Shown: piece by piece, positions 8,948-19,600 of the stretch | Numbering within the stretch: position 1 is the first letter of the stretch | Layout: the number at the start of each line of letters is the position of its first letter | From: Planctomycetota bacterium | GTDB lineage: Bacteria; Planctomycetota; B15-G4 | Length of the DNA stretch: 64,000 nucleotides | Reading direction: 5' to 3' | Assembly: GCA_965248575.1 (NCBI GenBank) | Contig: CBDFJQ010000002.1 | Span: 2,112,001-2,176,000, forward strand | Program-made: the position numbers and the translations under genes | Notes under the pieces: model-generated | Database searches by the model: none | Told to the model about the DNA's origin: nothing | The model's input: only the letters and a program-made list of their open reading frames with translations

Positions 8948-10602
8948 GGGTGGCTCCCCGCCGCATCCCGCGCACGGCTGATCTCATCGTCTGTCTGCGG
9001 CAACACCAAGCCGTCCTCCAATTTGAGGCAGCGGTCTGCCATGTCCATGTACCTGTCGTCGTGGGTGATCACCAGCACCGTCTTGCCCTGGGCCTTCAGC
9101 TCTGGGAGAACCTCGCGGTAGAAGGTGTTCTTGAACTGCGGGTCCTGGTCCGCCGCCCACTCATCGAGCACATAGAAGGGCCGGTCTTCGAGGTAGGCGC
9201 TCAGCAGCGCGAGGCGCTTTCGTTGCCCCTGGCTCAGGTCCACGTTGGAGAGCTGCCCCCCGGCCACGCTCAGCTTGTGGTCCAGCTGCAAGCGCCTGAG
9301 GTGCTCGAGCGCTGCTGCATCGACATCCACGCCCTCCCGAGCCTGCAGGCTGCGGAAGAGATGGAAGTCCGTGAACACGATGGAGAACAGCTGGCGGTAG
9401 TCGTCGACATTGGATTCGTCGACGGGCACGCCGTCCATGAGGATCTCGCCACCTTCCAAGGGATAGAGCGAGGTGAGCACCTTGGCCAGAGTGGTCTTCC
9501 CGCTGCCGTTGCCACCGAGCACGAAGACCAGCTCTCCTGGGACGAACTTCAGGTTGACCGGGCCCAGCTTGAAGATGTTCCCGTCAGCGTCCTTCGTGTA
9601 GCTGTACTTGACCCCTCGCAACTCCAAGCTCTTCCAGCTGACAGGAATCGGGGGCACCGGCGCTTCGAGATCCACCGGGTCTTCACCCAGCGACAACCCC
9701 AATTGCTCGATCTTCTGCAAGGAGACCGCGGCCCGACCGAGGTCGGGCGCCTGTTGCATGAGCGTACCCAAGGGCCGGTACAAGAACAGCGCCATCAGGA
9801 CGTAGCCGTCCAGCACCCCCGTCTCGATCCCCATGCGCGGCACCACGAAGATGAGCATGCCGAGCAAGACGAAGAACACCAGCCGCGTCAGATTCTCCGC
9901 CGCAATGAACATCTTGCGACCGCTGGTGTTGGTCACTCGGTAGTGGTCCAGCGCACCGTGCAGGTCATTCTTCAGGAAGGTCTTGCGACGCAAGGCGTTG
10001 AGCTTCAGCTGCTTGATGCCATCGTGCAGGGCCCGGAAATGCTCGAAGATGAGGTCAAAGGCGTTGCGCCCCTCCCGCATGAAGCCCATGGAGCGCAGCG
10101 TGAGGACGCGGTAGATGGCGACACCGATCACGATGAAGACCATCAGCACCAGCATGGCCTTCCAACTCAGGTAGGCCATGTAGGCCGCGCCGGCAAGCAG
10201 CGTGGTGCCGTCCACCACGAGCCGTGGGACATTCGGCAGCACCTTGGACACGGCCGTCACATCGTCCGTGAGCACCGGCAGCAACTTCGCGAGGCCCAGG
10301 GCCTCCAGGCGTTGCAGGGGCGTCGACAGGATCTTCGCGCTCAGCTCCAGCCGCAGGTCCGCCACGGCCTTCATGGCCAGGTTGAGCACCATGAGCTGGC
10401 AGGCCACGCCGCTCACCATGAGCACGGCCAGCACCCCGACGAAGCGCCAGATCCAGATCGCCGAGGTGAACAGCTGGCCTTCCCAGATCTTGTGGGTCAG
10501 GGCGATGATGCCCGCGCTGGCCACACCGCTGATGACACTCACCAGCATGGCCGTCAGCACCGTCCTGCGGTTGGCCCGCAGCAAGAACATGAAGAGCTTC
10601 AC
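8944..10602 (-). CDS. Cyclic-peptide export ABC transporter (SyrD/PvdE/YojI family)
   Basis: N-terminal TM domain, Walker A GGNGSGKT, LSQGQRKRLAL and DEWAADQDP. GTG 10602 overlaps the PKS stop (GTGA). Confidence 0.93.
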   Translation of the reverse strand: MKLFMFLLRANRRTVLTAMLVSVISGVASAGIIALTHKIWEGQLFTSAIWIWRFVGVLAVLMVSGVACQLMVLNLAMKAVADLRLELSAKILSTPLQRLEALGLAKLLPVLTDDVTAVSKVLPNVPRLVVDGTTLLAGAAYMAYLSWKAMLVLMVFIVIGVAIYRVLTLRSMGFMREGRNAFDLIFEHFRALHDGIKQLKLNALRRKTFLKNDLHGALDHYRVTNTSGRKMFIAAENLTRLVFFVLLGMLIFVVPRMGIETGVLDGYVLMALFLYRPLGTLMQQAPDLGRAAVSLQKIEQLGLSLGEDPVDLEAPVPPIPVSWKSLELRGVKYSYTKDADGNIFKLGPVNLKFVPGELVFVLGGNGSGKTTLAKVLTSLYPLEGGEILMDGVPVDESNVDDYRQLFSIVFTDFHLFRSLQAREGVDVDAAALEHLRRLQLDHKLSVAGGQLSNVDLSQGQRKRLALLSAYLEDRPFYVLDEWAADQDPQFKNTFYREVLPELKAQGKTVLVITHDDRYMDMADRCLKLEDGLVLPQTDDEISRARDAAGSHP

Positions 10603-13600
10603 GCCTTCTTCCCCTTGCCGGGCTTGCCGATCTTCGAGAGCAGCTTGTCGAGATCCTTCTGGCTCACCTTGGCGCCGGGGAAGTCCGAGGGCGTGCGCCC
10701 TCCAGCAGCAGGCGCCTTGCAGTGCTCGATGAGTGCGTGCAGTTCCGTCTCGAAGCGCTTGGCCAGGCTCTCCACCGTGCTGCGCTCGTGGCGGTTCGCC
10801 CCGAAGGACCAATCGACGGTCAGTTGCCCACCTGCGACGTAGCCCACCACCTCGAGCAGATGCCCGCGGGGAAAGTCGGGACTGCAGGGCGCGCCGCTCG
10901 TCGTTCGCATCAGCTGCATGGGCGAGGCCGCATCAAACTGTCCGAGGTAGAGGAAGTTCAGGTCGGGGCTGGGGATGCGCGCCATCTCGGCCGCCGTCGC
11001 TTCGTCCCGGCACAGGTAGCGCAGGGCACCGTAGCCGATGCCGTGGTTGGGGATGGCACGCAACTGTTCCTTGATGGCCTTCAGCTGGGCACCCTCGTCA
11101 CTGCAGCCTTCGAGCGAGAGGCGCGCGGGGAACAAGGTGGTGAACCAGCCCGCAGTGCGGGACACATCCACATCCTTCACGACGTCTTCCCGGCCGTGGC
11201 CCTCCAGGTCCATGAGCAGGACCTCGCTTCCCGTCCAGGGCGCCAAGGCACGCAGCATGGCCGTGCACAGCACCTCTTCGATGCGCGTTTCGTAGACCGG
11301 AGGCACGTCCTGAAGCAGGGCCCGGGTGCTGTCGGCACTCAAGCACACGGACACCGTGCGCGCCGTGGAGTGGGTGTCGGCACCGGTCAGTTTGTCCTTG
11401 GGCAGACTCTCACCCGCCGCCGGCACGCTCCCGGGCTTCTGCACCAGCGAGCGCCAGTGGGGCAACTGCAGCGCGGCTTGACGGCCCTGGGCCCAATCGT
11501 CGAGGCCCTCAGCCCAGCGCTTCAAGGAGTCCGACTTGGCGGGCAGCTCCGGGGCCTTGCCCTGCGCCCTGGCTGAGAGCGCCGAACGGAAATCGTCCTG
11601 CAGGAAGCGCCACGAGACGGCATCCACCAACAGGTGATGCACCACCCACAGCAGCTGCGCTGGCTCATCTGCCGAGCGTCGGAAGAAACCTGCACGGACC
11701 AGGGGCGCTTCACTCAGGTGCAGACTCCCTTGAAGCTCCGTCGCGCGGGTGATCATCTCCGCATCGCGTGCCTCGAGAGGCACGCCGGAGAGGTCGTAGG
11801 TCACCAACTCCACGGGCTCCATGGCCGCGTAAACCTGGCGCGGCGCGCCAGCGGCATCCTGCCCCGGCTCGTAGCGCAGCCGCAGGCCATCGTGGTGACT
11901 CACCACATCATCGAGGGCAGCGCGCACCTGCTCGGGCGTCGCCCCCTCCGGCAGATCGAAGAGCGACGGCAGGTTGAAGTGCTGGGGGTCCGGAACATCC
12001 TGCTCGAAGAACCAGCGCTGGATGGGCAGCAGCGGCACCTCACCCGCGGCGACGCCTTGGTCGGCCGCGTGGGCATCTCGCGCTTCGGCGACGGACGCGA
12101 GCCCCGCGATGGTGGGCTGCTCGAAGATCTGTGCCGGCGTGATGCGGAACCCGGCGCGCGCCACCAGGGCCACGATCTGCAGACCGAGCACCGAGTCCCC
12201 TCCCAACTCGAAGAAGCTGTCGTGCACACCGATGCGACCGATGCCCAGCACCTGCCCCCAGGCCGACACCAGGGCGTGCTCGGCGGGCGTGGTGGGTTCG
12301 ACGTAGTCGCTTTCCAGCTCCGGTCGATCGTGCAGCCCGCTCGCCTCGGGCTCGGACCGCTCCTGTCGGCCACCCGCCCACTGGTCCAGGCGCCGCTGCA
12401 GACTGCCCGTGCTGACGATGACCTGGGAACCCGCCGGGAGGCTTAACACGCGGCGGAAGGCTTCGGCCCCTTCCTCGGGGCTCATGTAGTAGGCGTCGTC
12501 CTTGCCTTCCTGTTCATGCAAGAACTCAGGCTCCCGCCAGCTGAGCCAGTTGTCCCAGTTGACGGATGTCCACGGCAGGCTCGCGCGGCTGTTGTGGCGT
12601 GCAACGAAGGCGTCCACCAGGTGGTGCGCCGCGACATAACCCACCATGCCCAGCGCGCCGAGACACGAAGCCAAGGACGATTGCACGATGCAGAAGTCCG
12701 GGGAGCGGGATTCGAGCAGCGCCTCCAACACCGCGAGGCCGTCGCGCTTGGGCGCCAGGTGGCTTTCGATGTCAGCCCGCGTGGTCTGCTGCAGGATGAC
12801 CATGGTCTTGTCACCGCCCGCCGCGTGCACCACGCCGTCCAAGGCACCGAACGCGCTCTCCGAATCCAACAGGGCCTGGTTCATGGCCTCCGCATCGGTG
12901 ACGTCGGCGCGCACGATGCGCAGCTCTGCACCCAGCGCTTCCAACTCGCGCAAGCGCGTGATGCGGCGCAGCGTGTCCAGCGGGGTCTGCTTGTCCGCTC
13001 GCAGTGCGTCCCAGATCGACGCCGCCGGAAACTCGCTGCGGGTCGTGAGCAGCAAGCGCGGCTTGCAAGCCTGCGCCAGCAGAGTGGCCACCTCGAGACC
13101 GATGGAGCCCAGGCCGCCTGTCACCAGATAGTGTCCGCCCTGCTTGAGGACCGGCGGCACGGGAGCCTCTGCGGGGAGGCCTTCGACCCTCAGTGGTTCA
13201 TCAGCGCGCACCCAGCGGTGCGGCCCACGGTGGGCCACGAAGTCGGGTGCCTCCTCAGCCTGGACCTCACGCAGCAAGCGCTCCACGACACGCGAGCCGG
13301 CCGCTCCCTGCTCCAGATCCACGTGCCGGGCGCGCAAGGATTGGCATTCCTGCGTCACGGATTGGCAGACACCCAGCACCGTGGCCTTCTCAGGCACCAG
13401 GGACTCCGTCCCGATCACCGAGCACACGCCGCGCGAGACGCTGACGCTGTTCAACGCTTGGGTGTGGTCGCTGTCGTCAATGGCCTGGGCCAGAGCGAGC
13501 AGCGAGAGCATGCCGCGCTCCAGGGCCGTCTCCCCCTCTGCGGCTTCGCAGCCCCAGAGGTGCACGAGCATGTCGGGCGCTGCTGGATCGTCGCCTTCGG

Positions 13601-16600
13601 TCAACGCCGCCCAGAGCTGGCCGTACTGCTCCCGAACATCAGGGGTCAGCCGGTAGGCCCGCGGCCCCTCGGCCACGAAGGCATTCCCGGGCCGCACCAC
13701 CGTCACCGTGCATCCCGCGGCCTCCATGGCTGAGACCAGGCCGGGCCCTACAGGGTCGCTGTCCAGGAAGACCAAGGCGTGCAGAGGCCCCGACGTCTGC
13801 GAACTCAACGGCAATTGCGAGCGCTTCCATCCGTGGCCGTAGAACCAATCGGCGGGGTCCGGGCGCTTGCCAGCCGGCTGCACGAGCCTAGCCGCGGCCT
13901 GATCCTGCGGCTCGATCCAGTAGCGCTGCCGTTCAAAGGGGTAGGTCGGCAAGGGTACGCGATTGCGATGGACATCCCCATGCAGCGCCGCCCAGTCCAA
14001 CGGGACCCGAGCGAGCCACAGCTGCCCCGCCGCATCGAGCAGGCACTCGAGGTCAGAGCGCGCGTCCTTGGGGTGACGCATGCTGTGGGCGAAGATCGGC
14101 AGCGCGTTGGGCTCCGAAGCCACGGCCCGGGCCGACCTCAGGCCCAGGGTGCTCAGGGTGTTGCCCGGCCCCACTTCCAGGAACACCCGCTCAGGGCCCT
14201 CCAGCAGCGTGGCCATGCCGTCGGCGAAACGCACGGCGTGGCGCAGGTGACGCGACCAGTAACCAGGGTCCGTGGCCTGGTCGGCGGCGATCCAGTCCCC
14301 GGTTAAAGTGGAGACGAAGGGCAGGCTGGGTGCCTTGGGTGCAGCGTCCCGGACCTGACTCGCGAACTGCTCCAGGATCGGGTCCATCATCGCGCTGTGG
14401 AAGGCATGCGAGGTGCGCAGGGGGCGTCCTTCGATGCCCCGCATCGACAGGGAAGCCTGGAACGCCTCCACTGCCGGTGTGGGGCCCGACACGACACTGG
14501 CCTGCGCCTCGTTGGCAGCGGCCAGGCTCAGCTCGGAAGCAGCGTGTGACGTCAACAGTTCCTCGACGTCCGCAGCTGGCAGGGGCACTGCCAACATGGA
14601 ACCGCTGGGCAGTGCCTGCATCAAGGCACCACGCGCAGCCACCAGGCCACAGGCATCGGGCAGGCTGAACACCCCGGCGAGAGTGGCGGCAGCGTATTCA
14701 CCAATGCTGTGGCCCATCATCGCGGCCGGCTGCACGCCCCAGGACATCCACAGTTGAGCGCACGCGTACTGGACCGCGAACAGCGCCGGTTGGGTGAAGG
14801 CGGTCTGCTGCAGGCTGGCCGCAGCCTCCTGCTCGTGTTCCGCTCCAGGAAAGAGCAGCTCGGACAGGTCGCGCCCGAGGTGAGGCTGAAGGTGTTGCGC
14901 ACACTCATCCAGGGCCGAACGGAAGACCACTTCCGAGTCGTAGAGCTCGCGACCCATCTGCACGTACTGCGAACCCTGCCCAGGGAACAGGAAGGTCACC
15001 GACGCCCCCCCACTCGCGACTCCCTCATCGCTGAAGCGCGTCCGGACCCGCTGACGATCCGCAGTCTCCAGAGCCGAGGCCGCCGAAGGGGCGTCCAGCG
15101 CGGCGAGCGTCCGGCGATGGGCGAATTCCTTCCGACCCACCTGCAAGGTGTAGGCCACGTCAGCCAAGGCTTGCTCAGGATGCGCCCGCAGGTGCTGCGC
15201 GAGATTGCTGCTGGCCTGGGCCAGGCCCGTCTTCGTGCGCGCGGACAGCACCAACAACTGCGCGGCCCGACATGCGCCGCTGGGAGTCGCCTCGGGCGGC
15301 TGTTGCACGATGACATGGGCGTTGGTGCCACCGATGCCAAAGGAGCTGACGCCTGCCCGCCGCGGGCCATCGGCCGTCCATGGAGACAGGCGCGTGTTCA
15401 CGCGGAAGGGCGTGCTCGGAAAATCAATCTTGGGATCGGGCGTCTCGCAGTTGAGGCTCGCGGGGATCTGGCCGTGCTTGGCCGCGAGGGTCGCCTTGAT
15501 CAAGCCCGTGACGCCGGCAGCGGAATCGAGGTGCCCGATGTTCGTCTTGACGGACCCGATGGCGCAGTAGCCGGTGCGCTCCGTCTGCGCACGATAGGCC
15601 GCCGTCAACGCAGCGATCTCGATCGGGTCGCCGAGCGAAGTGCCTGTGCCGTGTGCTTCCACGTAGCCCATGCTGTCGGCCGAGACATCCGCCATGGCCA
15701 GGGCGTTCTGGATCACCTGGGTCTGCCCGGTCACGCTCGGGGCCGCATAGCCCACCTTCTCGGCGCCATCGTTGTTGATGGCCGAACCGAGCAAGACCCC
15801 CAGCACGTGGTCGCCGTCTTCGAGAGCATCCGAGAGTCGCCGCAAGGCAACCACGGCGACACCATGCCCTCCCACGGTGCCACGGGCCTGGTCGCTGAAA
15901 GCTCGGCAGTGTCCATCCGGGGAGTAGATGCCCTGCTCCTGGTAGACGTAGCCGCGCCCGTGGGGCACGGCGACCGAGACGCCACCCGCCAGCGCCAGAT
16001 CGCATTCGCCCGACAACAGCGCCTGGCTCGCCAGGTGCACCGCCACGAGCGATGACGAGCAACTCGTCTGCACGTCGAAGCTCGGCCCCGTCAGGTTCAG
16101 CTTGTAGCTGACGCGCGTGGTGAGGTAGTCGTTCTGGTTGCCGAACAGCGTCGGCAACGCACCCACGTCGATGGTCCCGCTGCGCAGCAGGTTGCGCATG
16201 ATGTAGGTGCTGCTGCTGGCGCCGCCGTAGACACCCACAGGGCCCGGACAGCGGCTGGGGTCGTAACCCGCAACCTCCAACGCATTCCACGCCATCTCGA
16301 GGAACAGGCGCTGCTGCGGATCCATGATGTCCGCCTCACGCGGCGTCACGCCGAAGAACGCGGCGTCGAACAGGTCGATGCCCTCCAGCCGCGTGGCCGC
16401 CCGCACATAGGCGGGGTCCTTGAGCTTCTCGGGGTCTTCACCAGCGGCGAGCAGTTCTTCGTCTGTCAGGCGATCGACGCTCTCGACCCCCGCACACAGG
16501 TTGCGCCAGAAGGCGTCCACATCTGCCGCACCAGGAAAGCGCCCGGCGGCCCCTACGATGGCGATCTCGAAGCCGGTCCATTCGGGGCTGGCTGCTGTCT

Positions 16601-16613
16601 GTTCGTCCGTCAT
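10599..16613 (-). CDS. Type I PKS module KS-AT-KR-ACP with a C-terminal NRPS epimerization-type domain
   Basis: KS: TSCSSS, HGTGT, NIGH. AT: GHSIG and HAFHS (malonyl type). KR: TGGLGSIG and a catalytic Tyr in GYVAA. ACP: GGDSV. E domain: HHLLVDAVSW, LEGHGRE, RTAGWFT and a TPSDF tail. Confidence 0.95.
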   Translation of the reverse strand: MTDEQTAASPEWTGFEIAIVGAAGRFPGAADVDAFWRNLCAGVESVDRLTDEELLAAGEDPEKLKDPAYVRAATRLEGIDLFDAAFFGVTPREADIMDPQQRLFLEMAWNALEVAGYDPSRCPGPVGVYGGASSSTYIMRNLLRSGTIDVGALPTLFGNQNDYLTTRVSYKLNLTGPSFDVQTSCSSSLVAVHLASQALLSGECDLALAGGVSVAVPHGRGYVYQEQGIYSPDGHCRAFSDQARGTVGGHGVAVVALRRLSDALEDGDHVLGVLLGSAINNDGAEKVGYAAPSVTGQTQVIQNALAMADVSADSMGYVEAHGTGTSLGDPIEIAALTAAYRAQTERTGYCAIGSVKTNIGHLDSAAGVTGLIKATLAAKHGQIPASLNCETPDPKIDFPSTPFRVNTRLSPWTADGPRRAGVSSFGIGGTNAHVIVQQPPEATPSGACRAAQLLVLSARTKTGLAQASSNLAQHLRAHPEQALADVAYTLQVGRKEFAHRRTLAALDAPSAASALETADRQRVRTRFSDEGVASGGASVTFLFPGQGSQYVQMGRELYDSEVVFRSALDECAQHLQPHLGRDLSELLFPGAEHEQEAAASLQQTAFTQPALFAVQYACAQLWMSWGVQPAAMMGHSIGEYAAATLAGVFSLPDACGLVAARGALMQALPSGSMLAVPLPAADVEELLTSHAASELSLAAANEAQASVVSGPTPAVEAFQASLSMRGIEGRPLRTSHAFHSAMMDPILEQFASQVRDAAPKAPSLPFVSTLTGDWIAADQATDPGYWSRHLRHAVRFADGMATLLEGPERVFLEVGPGNTLSTLGLRSARAVASEPNALPIFAHSMRHPKDARSDLECLLDAAGQLWLARVPLDWAALHGDVHRNRVPLPTYPFERQRYWIEPQDQAAARLVQPAGKRPDPADWFYGHGWKRSQLPLSSQTSGPLHALVFLDSDPVGPGLVSAMEAAGCTVTVVRPGNAFVAEGPRAYRLTPDVREQYGQLWAALTEGDDPAAPDMLVHLWGCEAAEGETALERGMLSLLALAQAIDDSDHTQALNSVSVSRGVCSVIGTESLVPEKATVLGVCQSVTQECQSLRARHVDLEQGAAGSRVVERLLREVQAEEAPDFVAHRGPHRWVRADEPLRVEGLPAEAPVPPVLKQGGHYLVTGGLGSIGLEVATLLAQACKPRLLLTTRSEFPAASIWDALRADKQTPLDTLRRITRLRELEALGAELRIVRADVTDAEAMNQALLDSESAFGALDGVVHAAGGDKTMVILQQTTRADIESHLAPKRDGLAVLEALLESRSPDFCIVQSSLASCLGALGMVGYVAAHHLVDAFVARHNSRASLPWTSVNWDNWLSWREPEFLHEQEGKDDAYYMSPEEGAEAFRRVLSLPAGSQVIVSTGSLQRRLDQWAGGRQERSEPEASGLHDRPELESDYVEPTTPAEHALVSAWGQVLGIGRIGVHDSFFELGGDSVLGLQIVALVARAGFRITPAQIFEQPTIAGLASVAEARDAHAADQGVAAGEVPLLPIQRWFFEQDVPDPQHFNLPSLFDLPEGATPEQVRAALDDVVSHHDGLRLRYEPGQDAAGAPRQVYAAMEPVELVTYDLSGVPLEARDAEMITRATELQGSLHLSEAPLVRAGFFRRSADEPAQLLWVVHHLLVDAVSWRFLQDDFRSALSARAQGKAPELPAKSDSLKRWAEGLDDWAQGRQAALQLPHWRSLVQKPGSVPAAGESLPKDKLTGADTHSTARTVSVCLSADSTRALLQDVPPVYETRIEEVLCTAMLRALAPWTGSEVLLMDLEGHGREDVVKDVDVSRTAGWFTTLFPARLSLEGCSDEGAQLKAIKEQLRAIPNHGIGYGALRYLCRDEATAAEMARIPSPDLNFLYLGQFDAASPMQLMRTTSGAPCSPDFPRGHLLEVVGYVAGGQLTVDWSFGANRHERSTVESLAKRFETELHALIEHCKAPAAGGRTPSDFPGAKVSQKDLDKLLSKIGKPGKGKKA

Positions 16614-19600
16614 GAGCCGCCCTCCCCCCCCGACGGCGTGTCGGGCTGGGCGTCAGACCCAGGAGTCGACTGGGACTTCTGGATCGCATCGGTGATGGAC
16701 GAGAGATCGGCATCACCCCAGGCGAAGTCGGAGAAATCGGACGTCGTGAATCCGCCAGCCTCGGGGGACAAGCAGTGTTCAATGAGGGCACGCAAGGTGG
16801 ACAGGAAGCTGTCGGCCAAGGCCTGCACCGTCGACCGCTCATGAACGTTGCGACTGAACTCGAAGTCCAGCTCCAGCCGCCCCCCGCTGACCATGCCGTA
16901 CACCTCCAGCTGGAAGACCCGTGGGCCGTCCGGGTGCGCGAAGGCACCGCTGGAGGCCTCGCAGTAGCGGAAGCGGTCCTCGTCGCGGAAGAGCTGGTCG
17001 AACTGGCCGAGGTAGTTGAAGCCCAGGACGGGAGAGAGCGCCGGGGGCGGTGAGCCCGCTGCCGGTACCGGTGCCTGAGAGAGGTGCCGCGCCACGCCGT
17101 AGCCGAAGCCGTTGTTGGGCACGGCCCGCAGCTGCTCCTTCATGGAACGGATGGCAGCGCCCGCCTCGAAGGGAACAGTGTCCGCCAGCAGCACAGGGTA
17201 ATCCGTCGTGAACCAGCCCACCGTGCGCGAGAGGTCGGCACCGTCCAGCACGTCTTCGCGACCGTGGCCTTCCAGGTTGAGCAAGACGTTCGACGCTCCC
17301 GTCCACTCAGCGCAGGCGTGCACGTAGGCCGTCAGCAGGATGTCGTTGATCTGAGTGTTGTAGGTGCTCGGCACCTCGCTCAACAGCGCGCGTGTCTGCT
17401 CTGCATCGAGGGCGACGCGCACCTTCTCCACGGACGATTCGATGTTCTCTCCGTCCGCATGATCCACGGGTGGTGCGGAGGCCGGCGCGCGGCCCGCCTG
17501 CCGGGACCAGAACTCCGTCTCGCTCGAGAGCGCATCGGACTGCGCGTAGCTGAGCAAGCCTTCGGACCAGGCCTTGAACGACGTCGTCTTGCGCGGCAGT
17601 TGCACGGGTTCGCTCCGCTCCAGCTGAGCCAAGGCGGAGTCCAGGTCTTCCAACAGGATGCGCCAGGACACACCGTCCACAGCCAGGTGGTGGATGAACC
17701 ACAGTAGGCGTTTGCGGCCTTGGCCGATGTCGAACAGCACGGCGCGCATGAGCGGCCCCTGCTGAAGGTCCATGGCGCCATGGTGCACATCCGCGCGCCG
17801 CTCCAACTCCTCCTGCCGTTGGGCTTCGGGGAGCGACGAGAGATCCTCCTGGTACACGAGCGAACCTGCGCCCGCAGCCCCAGCCCCCCCCGTATCCAGC
17901 GCCGCGATCTCCTGGGACCACTCCCCCCCCTGCTGCTGGAAGCGCAGGCGCAAGGCATCGTGGTGCTCACACAACGCTCCCAAGGCCTGCTCGAGATGGG
18001 CGGCGTCCAGAGGACGCACCACATCCAGCAGCATGGGCATGTTCCAGTGCGCTGGCTGTGGCAGACCCAGCTCGAAGAACCAGCGCTGCACGGGTGTGAG
18101 CGGCACCGCGCCCGTCACGGGCCCCTGGTCGGCCACGGACGCCACAGCGACGCCGGTCACCTCGGCGACAGCCACCAGGGCGCGGATGGTCTGGTGTTCG
18201 AACACCTGGCGCGCCGAGAGCTTGAGGCCTAACGCCTTGGCCCGGCTCACCACCTGGATGCTCAGGATGGAATCGCCACCCAGCTCGAAGAAGTTGTCGT
18301 CGACACCGATGCGCTCCAACCCGAGCACATCGGACCAGATGCCTGCCAGAGCGACCTCCGCCGCCGAGCAAGGCGCTGCGAACTCGCTCTCCAGCTCAGG
18401 TCGTTCGCTGCCGGGCTCGGGCAGCGCCTTGCGGTCGGTCTTGCCGTTGGGCGTGCGCGGGAAGTCGTCCATGAAGACGAAGACGGCCGGCGTCATGAAC
18501 TCCGGCAGGGTCTCCTGCACGTGTGCGCGCAGCTCGTTGACGCTGGGTGCAGGCTGCACTCCGACACCTTCAGGCACGACATAGCCGATCAGTCGCTTCT
18601 CGGCCGAAAGATCGGTCAACGCGAGCACCGCAGCTTCCTTCACGCCCGGGTGCGAGAGCAAGACCGCTTCGATCTCCTCCAGCTCGATGCGGTAGCCGCG
18701 GATCTTCACCTGGTTGTCCAAGCGCCCCAGGAACTCCACATCGCCATTCTCGAGATGCCGCGCCAGGTCGCCAGACTTGTAGAGCCGCGTGCCCTCTGCT
18801 CCGAAGGGGTTCGGCACGAAGCGCTCGGCCGTCAACTGCTCGCGGTTCAGGTACCCCACGGCCAAGGCGATGCCGCCGAAGTGAACCTCACCCGGCACAC
18901 CCGTGGGGCAGGGCGTGAGGCGCTCGTCCAACACATACATCTGGGCGTTCTCGATGGGGCCACCCACCGGCGCGATGGAGAGCGTCTGCGAGAGGCAATC
19001 GTAGACCGAGCTGAACACCGTGGTCTCGGTGGCTCCATACTCGCTGAAGAGCCCGACGCCAGGCAGCGCCGCCTTGTGCACCTCCACCATGTTGAGGGGG
19101 CACGCCTCGCCCGCCACGATCACGGTGTGCATGCCGGCCAGCGGGTGCTGGCCCCCGGCGGCCGCTGCCTGCTCCGCCGCCTGGTCCAGGATCAAGCGGT
19201 AGAAGGACGGCAGCGTGAGCAGGTGCGAGATGTCGTACTGGGCGATGCTGCGCGGAATCTGGGCGATGTCCTTCTGCTGCCCCTCGGGAATGAGGAACAG
19301 GGTGCCGCCGCCACACAGCGCCCAGAAGATGCCCACCACGGAGCTGTCGAAAGCCACGGACGACAAGAGCAGGAAGTTGCTGGGGGTGTGCCCGAAAGCA
19401 TTCACCCGGGCGGTGTTGCTGATCACCAGCTTCTCGTGCGTGATCACCACGCCCTTGGGCTTGCCCGTCGAGCCCGAGGTGTAGATGACGTACACGAGGT
19501 TCGACGGAGACACGCTCGAACGCGGCGCCGTGCGCGGGTGCTCATCGATGGCGGACCGATCGCTGTCCATGCAGACCACCTCGGCGTCCGCCGTCGGCAG

